Positions 8,091 to 8,631 of a stretch of DNA of 8,631 bases are shown here, piece by piece. Source of the stretch: Azolla caroliniana. Lineage: Eukaryota; Plantae; Polypodiophyta. Position numbers and translations under genes: made by a program. The DNA is taken from contig JBHGNT010001425.1 of the NCBI GenBank assembly GCA_043228905.1, forward strand, positions 1 to 8,631, in the 5' to 3' direction. The notes under the pieces are model-generated. The model was not told where the DNA came from. It saw only the letters and a list, made by a program, of their open reading frames with translations, and made no database searches. Numbering within the stretch: position 1 is the first letter of the stretch; each line of letters starts with the position of its first letter.

Positions 8091-8491
8091 TATAGAAACA
8101 AATAGTGTGCGAAAGTGGAAGCAATAGAAAATAGAAAACAGAGAACATGTTTAATGGAGAGCTTAACAGTACGCAGGACAGACAGAGAGAGAGCACACAG
8201 AAACTCAATTCAAAAATACTACTCAGTCTGTACATCGTATGTGTTCAATGAACACTTTTATACAAGTCCATTCAGACTGACAAAAGTACGGTGTACTTCA
8301 ATGCTCACACGAGCGTCTAACACTAACTACGAGATATTAACTCCTTAGTAGACTAGCTGCTACTTGGCTTCCGTTACTGCTTGATCCAGCTAACTGACTC
8401 CCCAACTCACCGGCTCACTTGCTCACCAGCTCACCGATCCGGCTCAGGCTTATTCAGCCGATCCGGATCCGGTTGAGCTTGCCACTCAACA
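8091..8491 (-). repeat. 3' LTR of a second LTR retrotransposon (~401 bp), Copia-type
   Basis: On the minus strand TGTTGAG begins immediately after a PPT, with TATAAAA at 8256-8262 and a CT/GT-rich U5-like end. RT homology stops at about 8090. The end is either 8091 (TA, a mutated TG on the + strand) or 8083 (TGTGGA). Confidence 0.8.
8404..8435. repeat. 4 x 8-bp tandem repeat (NNCTCACY) in U3
   Basis: AACTCACC GGCTCACT TGCTCACC AGCTCACC, with another GGCTCA at 8441. Confidence 0.8.
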
Positions 8492-8500
8492 CTCCCCCTC
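8492..8500 (-). promoter_or_regulatory. Polypurine tract
   Basis: Minus-strand TT-GAGGGGGAG directly abuts TGTTG, a typical plant Copia PPT/LTR junction. Confidence 0.9.
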
Positions 8501-8631
8501 AAGCTCAACTTGAGGTCGGATCGTAGTGTCCGTCTCCATGGCAGCTAGTCCTTTCACCTGGCTCCTTCTGGCGTCACTCCGCCTCGCTCGCGCTCCTCGT
8601 CCGGTTCGGTCCCGTTTGTCGCGACCCTTCT

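Larger units (their letters stand above)
8091..8631 (-). mobile_element. 3' end of a second, probably Ty1/Copia, element inserted into the Gypsy-like RT; continues beyond the right edge
   Basis: PPT plus LTR. Its LTR shows no evident similarity to the LTR at 1866-2161. No diagnostic protein domain lies in the window. Confidence 0.78.

Noticed and set aside
8404-8447. Short repeats as a CRISPR-like array
   Set aside because: They are 8-bp head-to-tail units with no spacers and no cas genes.
1866-8491. The two Copia-type LTRs as the ends of one element carrying the Gypsy region as cargo
   Set aside because: The sequences are dissimilar, and the PBS and PPT lie on the outer sides, so both element bodies point away from the centre.

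Overview
No host gene here: the window is a nest of degenerate LTR retrotransposons, most likely from a land plant. (1) 1-2161, minus strand: the 5' part of a Ty1/Copia element with 5' LTR, tRNA-iMet PBS, a leader carrying a diverged duplication, and gag, zinc knuckle and protease running off the left edge. (2) About 2162-8090: an older Ty3/Gypsy-like element. On the plus strand it has gag, a CCHC knuckle and protease, then a candidate programmed -1 ribosomal frameshift (G GAT TTT TAG plus a stem-loop or pseudoknot) into an RT with an FLDD motif. Head-to-head with it, across a promoter/LTR-like spacer, lies a long minus-strand ORF whose N-terminus is a diverged paralogue of the C-terminal half of that gag capsid region, fused to a long acidic tail. 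(3) 8091-8631, minus strand: the 3' LTR and PPT of a second Copia-type element that interrupts the RT. Most point lesions fit CG or CHG methylcytosine deamination. The most interesting items are the divergent gag-derived antisense ORF and the protease/RT frameshift cassette. All family assignments come from motif recognition by eye; no database search was run.
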